A stretch of 64,000 nucleotides of DNA from Raja brachyura. Taxonomy: Eukaryota. The stretch is taken from NCBI GenBank assembly GCA_963514005.1, contig OY740783.1:27652001-27716000 (forward strand), given 5' to 3'. A program made the translations under genes and the position numbers. How positions within the stretch are numbered: the first letter of the stretch is position 1; each line of letters starts with the position of its first letter. Below the pieces are notes generated by a model. That model had not been told where the DNA came from. It saw only the letters and a program-made list of their open reading frames with translations, and made no database searches. Of the stretch, positions 25,985-37,871 are shown piece by piece.

Positions 25985-28022
25985 GTCCCCTTTTAATGTA
26001 GGAGCGATCCTTCTCTCACCAATAAAACTGAATAATACAATAATTACAAGAAAAATCCAATTATTCATAGTACTATTAGAATTTGGAAACAAATAAAATT
26101 AACCCTCACATTAAGAAACCTATCGCTTCTCTCTCCTATAGTTAATAATCCGTTGCTTAAACCATCCATTATTGATAAATAATTTGCCCATTGGGAAAGA
26201 ATAGGGATTAAAATGCTTGGAGACATGTATGAAACTGGAAAAATTTTTATCATTCCAACAACTGCAACTCAAATACAACCTGAGAAGTAATCAATATTTT
26301 AAATACCTTCAAATCTGTGATTATTTGAAAAAACATCCACAAGAATACCAAACTTTGACTCCAGACCTATTAGATGAAGCTATGAACAGAAAGGCAGACT
26401 CAACTAACTTAATATCATTCTTGTATAATATCATCCTAAATATAGAAATACCATCATCTGATGGAATTAGAAGAGATTGGGGACAAGAACTATCTATAAA
26501 AATCTCGAAAGAGAGTTGGGATAAATACTTGCTATATGTAAATAAATGTTCAACCAATGTAAGACATATTTTAATCCAATTCAAAATCCTACATAGATTA
26601 TATTATTCGAAAACTAAACTAAATAAAATCTTTCCGAATGTTCCCCCCCCCTTGTGATAAATGTTAATCTCAAGATGCAACAATAGCACATTCCTTTGTT
26701 TTTTGCATAAAAATCCAAACATTTTGGAAATAAATTTTTGAAATTTTTACAAAATTATTTAAAATAAAATTGAAACCTAATGAAGAATTGATTATTTTTG
26801 GAACAATGGACATCGGCTTTGGGCTGACTTTGTTCCAAAATAGTTTCCTTCATTATGGCTTAATAACGGCAAAAATACGTATATTTGAATTTTGGAAAAA
26901 TGCACCCACACTAACGATAAAAATGTGGATTTCGAATATGTCCGAAATGTCACACCCCGAAGACATGAGATTCGTCCTAGGAGGAAAATCAGACCAATTC
27001 TTAAAGATTTGGTCTCCATTTATCGATTTATTACAAGCATAATGTGCAACATAACTCTGGAAATAAACTATTAAAGAAGGAACTGCAGATGCTGGAAAAT
27101 CGAGGGTATACAAAAGTAACAGAAGGAAGAAAAAGAGAAATAAAGAAAGTTAGATATGATAGTGAGTATGTGAAAAAGTGAAAAGAAAGAGCCCGTGATC
27201 GAGACTTGGCAATCGAGACTTGGCGATCGTTTCGCCGAACACCTCCGCTCGGTCCGCAATAACCAACCCGACCTCCCGGTGGCTGAGCACTTCAACTCCC
27301 CCTCCCATTCCGTATCCGACCTCTCTGACCTGGGCCTCCTCCACGGTCAGAGTGAGCAACACCGCAAATTGGAGGAACAGCACCTCATATTCCGCTTGGG
27401 GAGTGCATCCTCTTGGCATGAACATTGAATTCTCTCAATTCTGTTAACCCTTGCTGTCTCCGCCGCTTCCCCCCTCTGCCCCAGCCCTTGGGCTCCTCCT
27501 CCTCCTTTTTCCTTTCTTCCCCCTGCCTCCCCCCACCCCCACCAGCCCGAAACGTTGCCTATCTCCTTCGCTCCATAGATGCTGCTGCACCCGCTGAGTT
27601 TCTTTAGCATTTTGTGTACTCTGGAAATAAACTGTTTCAGGATTTGGTGAGGGGTGTGTAAAGATATAAATTAGGTACATCCCTTTTATCTTATCTTATT
27701 TTCTTATATTTTCCTTTTTTTCTTTTTCTTTTTTTTTCCTTTTATTCATCCTCGTGCTCTACGTCTTTACGGGCTCTTTCTTTTCATTTTTTCACGTACT
27801 CACTATCTTATCTATAACATATAACAATTACAGCACGGAAACAGGCCATCTCGGCCCTTCAAGTCCGTGCCGAACAACTTTCCCTATTTCTCTTTTTCTT
27901 CCTTCTGTTACTTTCCTATTATTAAAGTTTAAAACAAGAAGTGGTACATGATATGTATTATGTTATTCTTGGCTTATACTATTGTATATTACTTCTAATT
28001 TAAAAAAAATTAAAACAAAATA
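25985..28022 (+). mobile_element. L1-clade LINE 3' fragment nested in the ERV leader
   Basis: FLSFQQLQLKYNL...FKYLQI, IQFKILHRLYY, and CDKC..QDATIAHSFVFC (CCHC domain of L1 ORF2); A-rich tail near 28000. Confidence 0.85.
27070..27617 (+). mobile_element. Penelope-like element 3' fragment with GIY-YIG endonuclease remnant
   Basis: SRLGDRFAEHLRSVRNNQPDLPVAEHFNSPSHS...LGLLH...RKLEEQHLIFRLG; 16-bp TSD actctggaaataaact (27054-27069 and 27618-27633). Confidence 0.9.
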
Positions 28023-28316
28023 ATAAGAAACATTATTTTGAGGAACGGAAGGCGAGTAGAGGCGCTGAAAGAATGGTAAGTTGGAAGGAAGAAACTCTGA
28101 AGTGAGGAATAGAATTGGAGGATACTGAAGCATACCAACCTCGAGGCATCTTGAGAGAGGAGCACAGATGTATTAAAGATAACGGGAGAAGGAAATCTTC
28201 CACAGGGAAACTGGCACCAGTAGGTCTCGAATTTGAGGACCCGATGGTTGGCGTCAGTTTTGAGGGGTCGACGATGAGTACTTAAAAGATTAGGAAAGTG
28301 TTAGAAGTAGAAATCC

Positions 28317-29280
28317 ATGGCCACCATCTTATTCCTCTTGCAATCCTCGCCCTTCAGTGTAGCTTGTGAACGGAATAGACAATCAGATTCTGTAGCACAT
28401 GATTCCTTAAACCTGACCGTTCCATTAATAATAGATAGTCCGAGATTTCACGGTACCAGAAGCCCAACAAAAAAGAAAACTCAAGTATTTAAGGACAAAG
28501 AAGGTAGAGGGTATTCTTGCAAGCTTAAACCTAGACGGGTTGGACGAGTAGCGAGAGAGGAAAGGGAGTCATTTAGAAAGTACCGTGAACCCCCTAGTGA
28601 AGGGGAAGATACATCTGGAGGTGAGACAACAATTGAAGAAACCGAGATAGATCTTGATATGGCAGAAAGTGCAAAAACTAAACAAGCAACCCGCAGACAG
28701 TTCCCTGTCAGGGAAATGCTCAATCCTTCCTTTGATCCGGCCAATGCAGTTAGTGCAAATAACCCATGTACAATAAGAGTTTATACCCCATGGAAACCCA
28801 ATGAGATGATGGCCATTTAAAGTCAAATACACGATCATAGAAAATCACCTGCTTCCTTTGTGGATCACCTAAGAACTGCAATATTACGCAGATTCCCGAG
28901 ATCCATGGGCAGTGACCCTGCAAATAATTACCCCAAGCGAACACACCAGGTTCCTAACAATTCTGGGACATCCGTCGCATGAAGATCTAGTGAATATAAT
29001 AGCGGACAATAGTGCAAAAGTAAAGGCTGTTTTAATGGCCCTTGCAAACACTCTTCAAAAGCCGATTAACTTAGCCAGAATCCTAGATATAAGACCATAT
29101 AAAGGAGTGGGTGGAATAAAGAGATGGAAGCCTTCTTTAAACCACATGAAGGACAGGATTGGGAGGTGGAAGTGTTGGCACTACTTGAAGGAAAAGAGGG
29201 AGCTGCTGAATATAATAAAATACCAGCACAACAATGGAAATAAACTGCAGGAGTTGCTCCTCGCATTACCTGAAAGATGA
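28317..29280 (+). pseudogene. ERV gag remnant
   Basis: Located between leader and pol; QFPVREM...VYTPWKPNEM resembles the retroviral capsid start; broken by stops and frameshifts. Confidence 0.6.
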
Positions 29281-29479
29281 ACTACCCGGCAATAGCCAAA
29301 GACCTAGGAACAATGGTAAGAAAGGCAATCACCATGGCAGACCCGAATAATTACCAAAATCAAAATTTGTCTAATCAATATGTTGTTGCATTTTATCAGG
29401 CCCCAAGGACAGTTGTTACCCGCTTACATCATCATCTGGTGAATGAGGTATGCGAGTATGTGAACCCTCAAGTGTGGGC

Positions 29480-31532
29480 GGCGAACACAGCTCAGGTAGG
29501 ATATATGAACATCAATCCCATCCGTGTAGCTCTCCAGCCACTTCCTTCAATACAACAATATCCACTAAAATTACAGGCCGTGAGCAGCATTGACAAATTA
29601 ATTTGGACTAGAAGGGCCGAGATGGCCTGTTTCCATGCTGTAATTTTTATATGGTTATATGGTTATATGGTTTGCTGGAACAAGGAATACTGGTGAAGTG
29701 CCAATCGATTTGTAACACCCCTATTCTTGCTGTTCCAAAACCTGGAAAGGAGGGCCAATATAGACTTGTGCAATATCTGAAAGAAATCAACTCTGTTTGT
29801 GGAACAAATCCATGCCCTAGTGCCTTCTTCTTCTTTCGTGTGGTGTGCACAGCCTAAATTTGTTGGACAACTTGTTCTATTTGATCTTCCGTTTGTGCAC
29901 ATCGAGTTGATGGCATTAGTCAAAACAGGGCGGACCACATGAAGGTTGCAATCTTCCACCCTGCCCTAGTGCCAAACCCTGACCATATCCGAGCCCAAAT
30001 AATGGCTGAAGCAAAAATATTTTCGATAGTTGACTTGCAACATGCATTCTTTTCTCTGCCTCTTCACGAAGACAGCCTATATTTGTTTGCTTTCACATAT
30101 AGGGGCCAACAATACACCTGGACCAGATTGCCTCAAGGGTTTATTAATTTGCCTACTTTATTTTCCAGGTGTCTACAAGACCAATTGAGTACTTTAAAAT
30201 TCAAAATAAATTCAACATTAGGGCAGTATGTCGATGATTTATTAGTGGCCAGCAGAAACAAATCCAGTAATCGGAAAGTTACTTCACAACTACTAAACTG
30301 TCTAGCTGATTTAGCATATGTAGTCTCCCAGTCAAAAGTACTGCTGGCCTAGGAGAAATTAACATTTTTAGGGATTATAATTTCGGCAACTGAAAGAAGT
30401 CTTGAGAAAAGCAGACTTGAATCCATCTGCGAATTCCCAATTCCAAAAGAAGCCAAACAAATGAGGCAATGGCTTGGCATGGTCAATTATTGTAGACCTT
30501 GGATCCCTAACATAGCTCTAGAAACCAAGGCGCTAACACCCTATACCAGCAAGGAGGGTGAATTTAAATTAACAAAGAAAGCACAAGAGGCCTTTGAAAA
30601 CTTAAAAAGATCACTGATGCAAGCCCTGGCATTGGGAAGACCATTATGCGACCGACCTTTCCAGCTCTATTGCATCATTTTATCTGAATGTGCAACTTCG
30701 GTTCTGACTCAAAAACATGGGGATAGACATAGACCAGTTGTTTATTACTCCTCTAAATTAAATCCGATAGCCAGGGGACATCCTTGCACTCAAATTTTAA
30801 CTGAGTTTAAATTTCACCTTCCAGCATGAGATTGTGGTATATAGCTCATATTCATTTCACTGCACTTTATGTGCATGTGACGAATAAAACTTGACTTGAC
30901 TTGACTTGACGAGATTCGGTATCGGCATGTTGGGGTAGCTTCAAACTCAGCACTTAACAATGGCCCGCCAAAATAAGTATGAGATCTATCTTTTGAACAA
31001 CCCAAAACTCCAATTCAGACATTGTACATTGATTAGCCCAGACTCTTTTCTTGTTTCACCCCCAGAAGTGCAAGAAGCAGGACATGACTGTCTATTTGTC
31101 ATGGAGGAGGTAGCATCTGTCAGAGAGGACTTGAGGCATGCACCCATAGAGGACTCTGATGTAACAATATATGTGGACAGGAGCGCTTCTATTGGATCGT
31201 GGGGTGAGAGATTGCCTGGGTATGCAATTGTTAATCAGAAAGTGGAATTTGTAGAAGCAGCTGCCTTTGAGTCACCTTATTCAGCACTGCAAGCTGAATT
31301 TGTTGCTTTAATTCAGGCTTGTATTATTGGGGGAAATTTAAAAGTGAATATTGACACTGTTTCTCAGTATGCATTTGGAGTGGTGCATGATTTTCGACAT
31401 TTATACAAAAACAGGGAATTTCTAACTTCTGCAGGAACCCAAATCCCAAATAAAACATTGGTGCCAGATTTATTGGCCTTAATGTCACCCAGACAAATTT
31501 ATGTTACGAAATGTAGCGCCCACACTAAATGA
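29480..31532 (+). pseudogene. ERV pol remnant (RT, tether, RNase H)
   Basis: [108 protein letters not shown]. Confidence 0.92.
29825..29961 (-). mobile_element. 137-bp short retroposon with (GAA)n tail, inserted in the ERV RT
   Basis: 12-bp TSD tgccctagtgcc (29813-29824 and 29962-29973); removal restores [10 protein letters not shown]. Confidence 0.85.
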
Positions 31533-33435
31533 CAGACTATGGATCAAGCATAGATAAACTATCAAAATTGATGGATGGGATTCGCGCCCACGAAAACTCG
31601 GGAGGTGAAGGCTCGTCAGATGTGAATCATGAAGCTACGCCCATGAAAACTCGGGAAGCTTGATGGAGTTCTGGGAAAATACATCAGCATCATTTTGTTA
31701 GGACATTTGTTAGAGTGTAGTCATTCTAACAATGTAGTCATTATTGTATTTTGGTTATCATTCATGATGAGATTTATCATAAATGATAAAATGGGGGAAT
31801 GTTAATATGACCAAATTAAAGACACTATAAAATGGAGAATTCCTGCAGTTGTCACAATTGCTTAACCTTTGTCAGTGGAATATTACAGGCTGTGAATGGC
31901 ACCAGCCAGTCTGAGCCTCAGATTAATATGCAGCATGGTGAAAGATCCAGGTGTTCTCCTAACTTCCGCCTAATTGATAATATATATTAAAAGTCTGCAA
32001 AAAAGCTTAAATGCATTGCTATGATTGGATTGCTGCAAAGGAATTGTAAATAATGTAAATAACAGTGCAAGACAGTTACCTTCCTGTTTGTTGATTGGCC
32101 AAAGTGTTAAGCCCTGGCAGAATTGTTTTGTGTTCCAGGGTAAATGTTGCATTAATCAGTTAAATAACTTCCTTCCAGAAGCTTCTGTAAGAAACATTGT
32201 TTAAGACTCTCTGAAATTGGGTTGGGGAACTGTCCATAATGTATTGATGTAATTGATGTTTATGATTGGATTGTTTGGGGAACCACCCCTATGTAGTTCA
32301 GCCCATCAAGGTTCATGGACCTATGAAAGGTAGTCCCCATTTAGATCGGTGTCGAACTTCTGGAAGGGAGCTTGGGACTGTGTGATCTTTTGGTCTGCTT
32401 GTACGAGGCTGAAGGGCTTGGCCAAGCAGAGACAAGGATCAAACCCATGGTAATTTAGGTATCGTATAAGGGAAATTTTGTTTGTTCTAAAAATAAAAAT
32501 TAGCTGGTCCAGTGCTTTAGTCAGTGTTTTTACTGAACTAGACACGAGGGGGTCAGCTTTAGGAGCGTATTTACACCATCGTGCTACCCCTTGTTCGTTT
32601 GAGGGGCAAGGTCCATCAAATTGAGGCACCAGTTTTATTCCACAGCTCGGTGACATTCTAATATTGTTGTTCCAGTGCTTGGCTGAATCTGCAATGCAAC
32701 ACTAAAGGCACATTGTCAGAGTTGTAAAGAACAGAAATTTGGTCTTTAATCCATTATCTCCTTGCTGACCTTTTGCCCAGTTACACAAACCCTATTTGCC
32801 CGCAAAAGGCCTGTGTCCTCTTTGACTCTCCTACTTATCAGCCGAAATGTCTCTTAAACATAGTGATTATATCTGACTCTACCACCCGGTTGCCAAAGTG
32901 ACAATCTACACACACATTATTCATCCCTCTGGTTTCAGGCTGAATTTGCTGCCGGTCCCATAAAATTAAGCTGATATTAAAAGCTTGCTGCAATAGGCTT
33001 GGTATTGGTGGTATGCTTTGGGCACCAGCAAGAGCAGATGGCACAAACTGGCATTGTTGATTTGCCAGTATTCTACCCAGTCACAGGTACCTGGCAGTGT
33101 GTAAAGAGCACTGTCTCAGAGGCTCAGGTTTAACAGGGCGCAGCAGCAGAGTGGTGCCATCTGCTTCCAAAAGGCCTGCACACAAACAGAACCATAGGGA
33201 TGGGAGTGGCTCTGGTTGCCAAGGTAACGGAAGTTCTCACTTGTTGTGCGTCTGGCTCCTTCCATCAAACACAGAGAACATCAATAGAACCATCAAACAG
33301 GTAGCCGAGGTGTTAGCATAGAGGATCCAAAATGTCACCTCTTTTCCCATGTAACTGCAATATTCTGTACCTGGATAGTCCATCTCCAAAAGGCTGCTGC
33401 GTTTCTGGTGCTGAATAAGATCAAAGGCACCCATG

Positions 33436-33725
33436 AGGGTGGCATAGTGGTGCAGCAGTGGAGTTGTTGCCTTACCACGCCAGAGACCTGGGTTTGAACA
33501 TGACTACGGGTACTGTCTGTACCGAGTTTGTACGTTCTCCCCGCGACTACAGTATATGGGATTTCTCCGGTGCTCCAAATTTCCTCTCACACTCTATAAA
33601 TGTGTGCAGGTTAATTGGCTTCTGTTAATTGTCCCCAGTGTGTAGGATAATGCTTGTGTATGGGCGATTGCTGGTCGGCACGGACCCGGTGGGTCGAAGG
33701 ACCTGTTTCCATGCTGCATCTCTAA
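33436..33725 (+). mobile_element. V-SINE (HE1-like)
   Basis: gggtggcatagtggtgcagcagtggagttgttgcctta...gtttgtacgttctcccc...gtgggtcgaaggacctgtttcc. Confidence 0.8.
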
Positions 33726-34540
33726 CGTCCAGAGGAGCTACAGCTTAATGCAACAGCAGAAATTAGTAGTAATGAAATGACAGTGAGAATACATAGATGT
33801 AACACAAAATCTTTATGGCAAATATGATTGGAATGTGGAATCGTCTGCCTTTAAGTACTCAGAAATGAAAATTAAATTGTTGCACAAAGAGAGGAATATT
33901 AAAGAAGCCGTAAAAAAATAATAATTTACAGTGCGAGGCTTCAACAGTTTAATGAAATATGTGGACATGTCCCAAATGTAATGTCATAGAAAAATGCAAA
34001 GTGGTACATTCAGTGGGAAGAACGGAGAGGCCATTTTAAGTGACTTTTTTGCAGCCTGTCAGTTCACCCTAATCATTTTGTCCCAAATGTCTTTTACACT
34101 GTTATAATGAGATCCAATACATGTTTGAGGAACAGAAACTATTTTTTTGCCTGGGTTGTAGGTTGCTGCCTTTTAAACTCCATATCTCATTCTACAAATT
34201 CAGGTAAATACAGTACTTCCTCTACTGACATCAGAACTGGCCAATTCTGCTTTGAGCCATCCATCTTCATTTTCATACTCTTTTCATGAGTATGCTCAGA
34301 CCCGCTGTGTTTGGCCACAGTGTTGCAATCACAACTTTTTAATGCACCTTCCTTTGTATTCACACGCTAATTGGTCCCAGTAACCCATCAACCAATTGAT
34401 CTCTACATTTAATTCCCATGCATTCCATGCCCAGCCTATCAGACATCACCTTGATTCTGTCCATCAAATTCATGAGACATGACCTCCCATGTACAAAACC
34501 ATACTGACTATCACTTATCAACCCCAATCGTTCCAAATGA

Positions 34541-34801
34541 ATGTGTTGACAGAATGGCAGATGCTGGTTTATACCAAAGATAGACACAAAGTGTTGGAGT
34601 AACTCAGTGGGTCAGGCAGCATCTCTGGATAAAGGATGAGTGACGTTTTGTGTTGATACCCTTCTTCAGACTTTTTCGGGTCAAAATCCTTCTTCAGATG
34701 TGGGGTTCTAAAGAAGGGTTCCGACCCGACGGATCACCCTTTCTTTTTCTCCAAAGATGCTGCCTGGCCTGTTGCGTTAATCCAGCACTTTGTGTCTATC
34801 T
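34541..34801. mobile_element. Penelope-derived hairpin repeat inserted in an old CR1
   Basis: Inverted arms aaagatagacacaaagtg... / ...cactttgtgtctatcttt; TSD ttccaaatga. Confidence 0.8.
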
Positions 34802-36784
34802 TTCCAAATGATTTATCTCTTATACTTCAAAAATAGTCTCTTGTAACTTTCCTACCACATATATTAGGCTTATTGGTCTATAGTTTGCAGATTTTTCTTT
34901 GCAGCTTTTCGTAAGTAGAAGCATAACTTTATCCACCCTCCAATCCACCAGCTCTTCACCCATATCTAACGATAACTTATGTACAGTAACTACGCTAGAA
35001 CTCCTCCAATTTCTTCTCCAGCTTCCCACAGTATCCTTGGATATGTCTGATCAGGCCAAGGAGATTTAACTACCTTCATATGTCCTACTTATTTTGTAAA
35101 AGATTTTAAATGATCCATGGTTTTGGAAAAAAAATTGGACTACTCAGTTCTTGTAAAAAATGTATAAAAGAGACTTAGAAAAAACCACCAAATTTTCCAG
35201 ATAGATTGTTCTTGAAAATTGCATTTATGAAACCCAGGAAAGATAATTTTTAAAATTATATTGCATCAACCAATATTTGACAACTCCAGCAATCATTTGA
35301 ACTGAAATAAGATTTCAATTTTTTGTTCACAAGCAAGATTCGCGATGACACAATTCCTTGTTTTTTAACCATCAGTAAAAAAAAAATCGTCATTCTGTAC
35401 TTCTGCAGCCTTGTAAGGCTGCCAAAAGAAACATACAGCGATTCATAATGTCACGATGACTGAGTGCAAAATTGAACTAAATTACAGATTACAATATCAA
35501 CAATGAAGTCAGGATTGTAATGGAAGGTGCTCTGCCTAAAGTCCCTCCAACACTCCATGTAAAATGTGTTATTGCTGTCTATATGTTTCATTAAAGTCCG
35601 CTTTCTCCAAGCACAATACGATTTTGCTTCACTAAATCAAATCCTGCGCAGATCAGATCATTTATTTTCCTTCATTTTTCAGCAGAATACATCACAAGGA
35701 AAACTAGAAAATATAATGCCTACATATTTTATAGACAGCAACAATTTATACAAATAGCTTGGAGTAAGAATTGCTACACCATTTATGCATTTCACGCCTC
35801 AGATTGACAAGCAGAGACTATGCATGAAAAATGCATCAAATCAAGAGAATAGTGCTTAACCCTGTAATTTCTGATAAATAGTGTGAAACGCACTTGCCTG
35901 TTACAAAATTGATGCAGATCCTGAGATATTGGGCGTCGTACAATAATGCAAAAATCTATCTAATTCTTCTTCTGCCATTTTTGTAATTGCATAATACAAT
36001 AATGGTTCTTTATTATTTATAGCAACAAATTATTGATTGACAAGGATGACTAATAGTCAAAAATGGATATAAACTTTCTGCTGAATGGTGAATTGCAATA
36101 TGGAGTCATAGGGTTACACAGCGAGGTAACACTTCAACTCTTCCATGTTGACCAAGAGGCCTACCTGGGCTAGTCCCTTTTGTCTGAATTAGGCCCATAT
36201 CACTTGTACCTTCAATTTAAACAAGCACCCGCTGTTCTTTCTTACACATCACTTGTACCTTTCCTATACATGAACTTGTCCAAATGAATTTGTAATGTTG
36301 TAATTATACCCTCTTCTGCCACTTCTTCCAGAAGCCGTTCCAAATACTCACCACCTCTTTGTATGAAAAAGCTGCGCCCCACAGATCCACAGATCTTTCC
36401 CCTCTACCTTAAGCCAATACCTTCTGGTCATAGAAGTTAAATTTATTGGCATGATTTTCCATGCACAAAGCCATCCCTAATTAGTCCTTGCCTTTCCAAA
36501 TGCAGATAGATCCTATCTCTCTAGAATAGCTTCCAGCAACTTATCCACCGCTGAAGTTGAGCTCATTGGATTGTAGTTCCCTGCCTTGTACATACAGACC
36601 TTCTTAAATAAATAGACCACATTAGCCAACTTCAAGTCTTCTAGTACCTCACAAGTAACTAAGGAAAATACAAAAATCTCCTCCAGGGCCCCAGCATTTT
36701 TTTCCTTGCTTTCCAAGGATGGACAGTCATGCTTATGTCCTGTGATCAAATATGAATAAAAGGAAATGCAGGTCATATCAGAAG

Positions 36785-37022
36785 TCAATAGACAATAGAC
36801 AATAGACAATAGACAATAGGTGCAGGAATAGGCCATTTGGCCCTTCGAGCCAGCACCGCCATTCAATGTGATCATGGCTGATCATCCCCAATCAGTACCC
36901 CGTTCCTGTCTTCTCGCCATATCCCCTGACTCCGCTATTTTAAAGAGCCCTATCTAGCTCTCCCTTGAAAGGACCCAGAGAACCTGCTTCCACCGCCCTC
37001 TGAGGCAGAGAATTCCACAGAC
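36785..37022 (-). mobile_element. CR1 3' tail with an empty DIRS-type target site
   Basis: (CAATAGA)n tail; on the - strand it begins tctgtggaATTctctgcctcagagg. Confidence 0.85.
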
Positions 37023-37871
37023 ATGGGCCTCACTTGGTAAAACCTGACCGAACATCTTCAAGGATGAGGGCTAAAGACATCCTAGTATATATTTGGTCAG
37101 GCCCTAATGATTTATAGTAATAGAATGATACAGTATGGAAACAGGCCCTTTGGCCCAACTTGCCCACGCCGACCAATATGTTCCATCCATACTAGTCTCA
37201 CCTGCCTGCATTTGGCCCATATCCCTTCTAACTGTCCTATCCATGTACCTCTCTATTTGTTTTTTGAATGTTGCAACAGTCCCTGCCTCAACTACCTCCT
37301 CTGGCACCTCGTTCTATACACTCACCACCCTTTGTGTGAAGAATCTATAGTTTCAGATCAAAGTAGCATGGGAGTACAGATCATGTGCAGTTTAAAAGCA
37401 AGGAGTGGCTGAAGGCCAGGTCATTGTAATGGTTGAAGTGGCCGGGAGGTAAGTGAGAAGTAAGAGTGAGCCAAATGGTTTAGAAACAGCATTTAGCAAA
37501 ATGATGGGATTAACAGACAAATGGAAACAATTGATCGACAAATGCCACTGTGCCACCCAATGATCTTCCTTGCACTACCCCTATCTTCATCAGTAACCAC
37601 AAACTGCAAACTTCTGAGATCTTGTGTATGCGCAGTTATAATTGCCATGTTGTTGGAATGCAACCTTGGCCTACCTTCTGGATCTCTCTGCTCATAAATC
37701 TCTATCTCTCATCCTTGAAGAGGTTGGGCCAGGTTTTGCTGTGTGAGGCCCATTACTCCGGACATGGCCTGCATCTCCTTTCATTCATATTTGTTCACAT
37801 GACATGAGCATTGTTGACCGATCCTGCTTTTATTGCCCAACTCTTGTTGCCCAAGAACTGAAATACTGTAA

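Larger units (their letters stand above)
24891..32575 (+). mobile_element. Decayed class-I (gamma/epsilon-like) endogenous retrovirus
   Basis: Partial 5' LTR 24891-~25062 matches the start of the 3' LTR 31800-32575 (TG...CA, AATAAA near 32492); PPT aaaatgggggaa; TSD CCAT; gag and pol remnants; integrase and env not recognisable. Confidence 0.9.
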
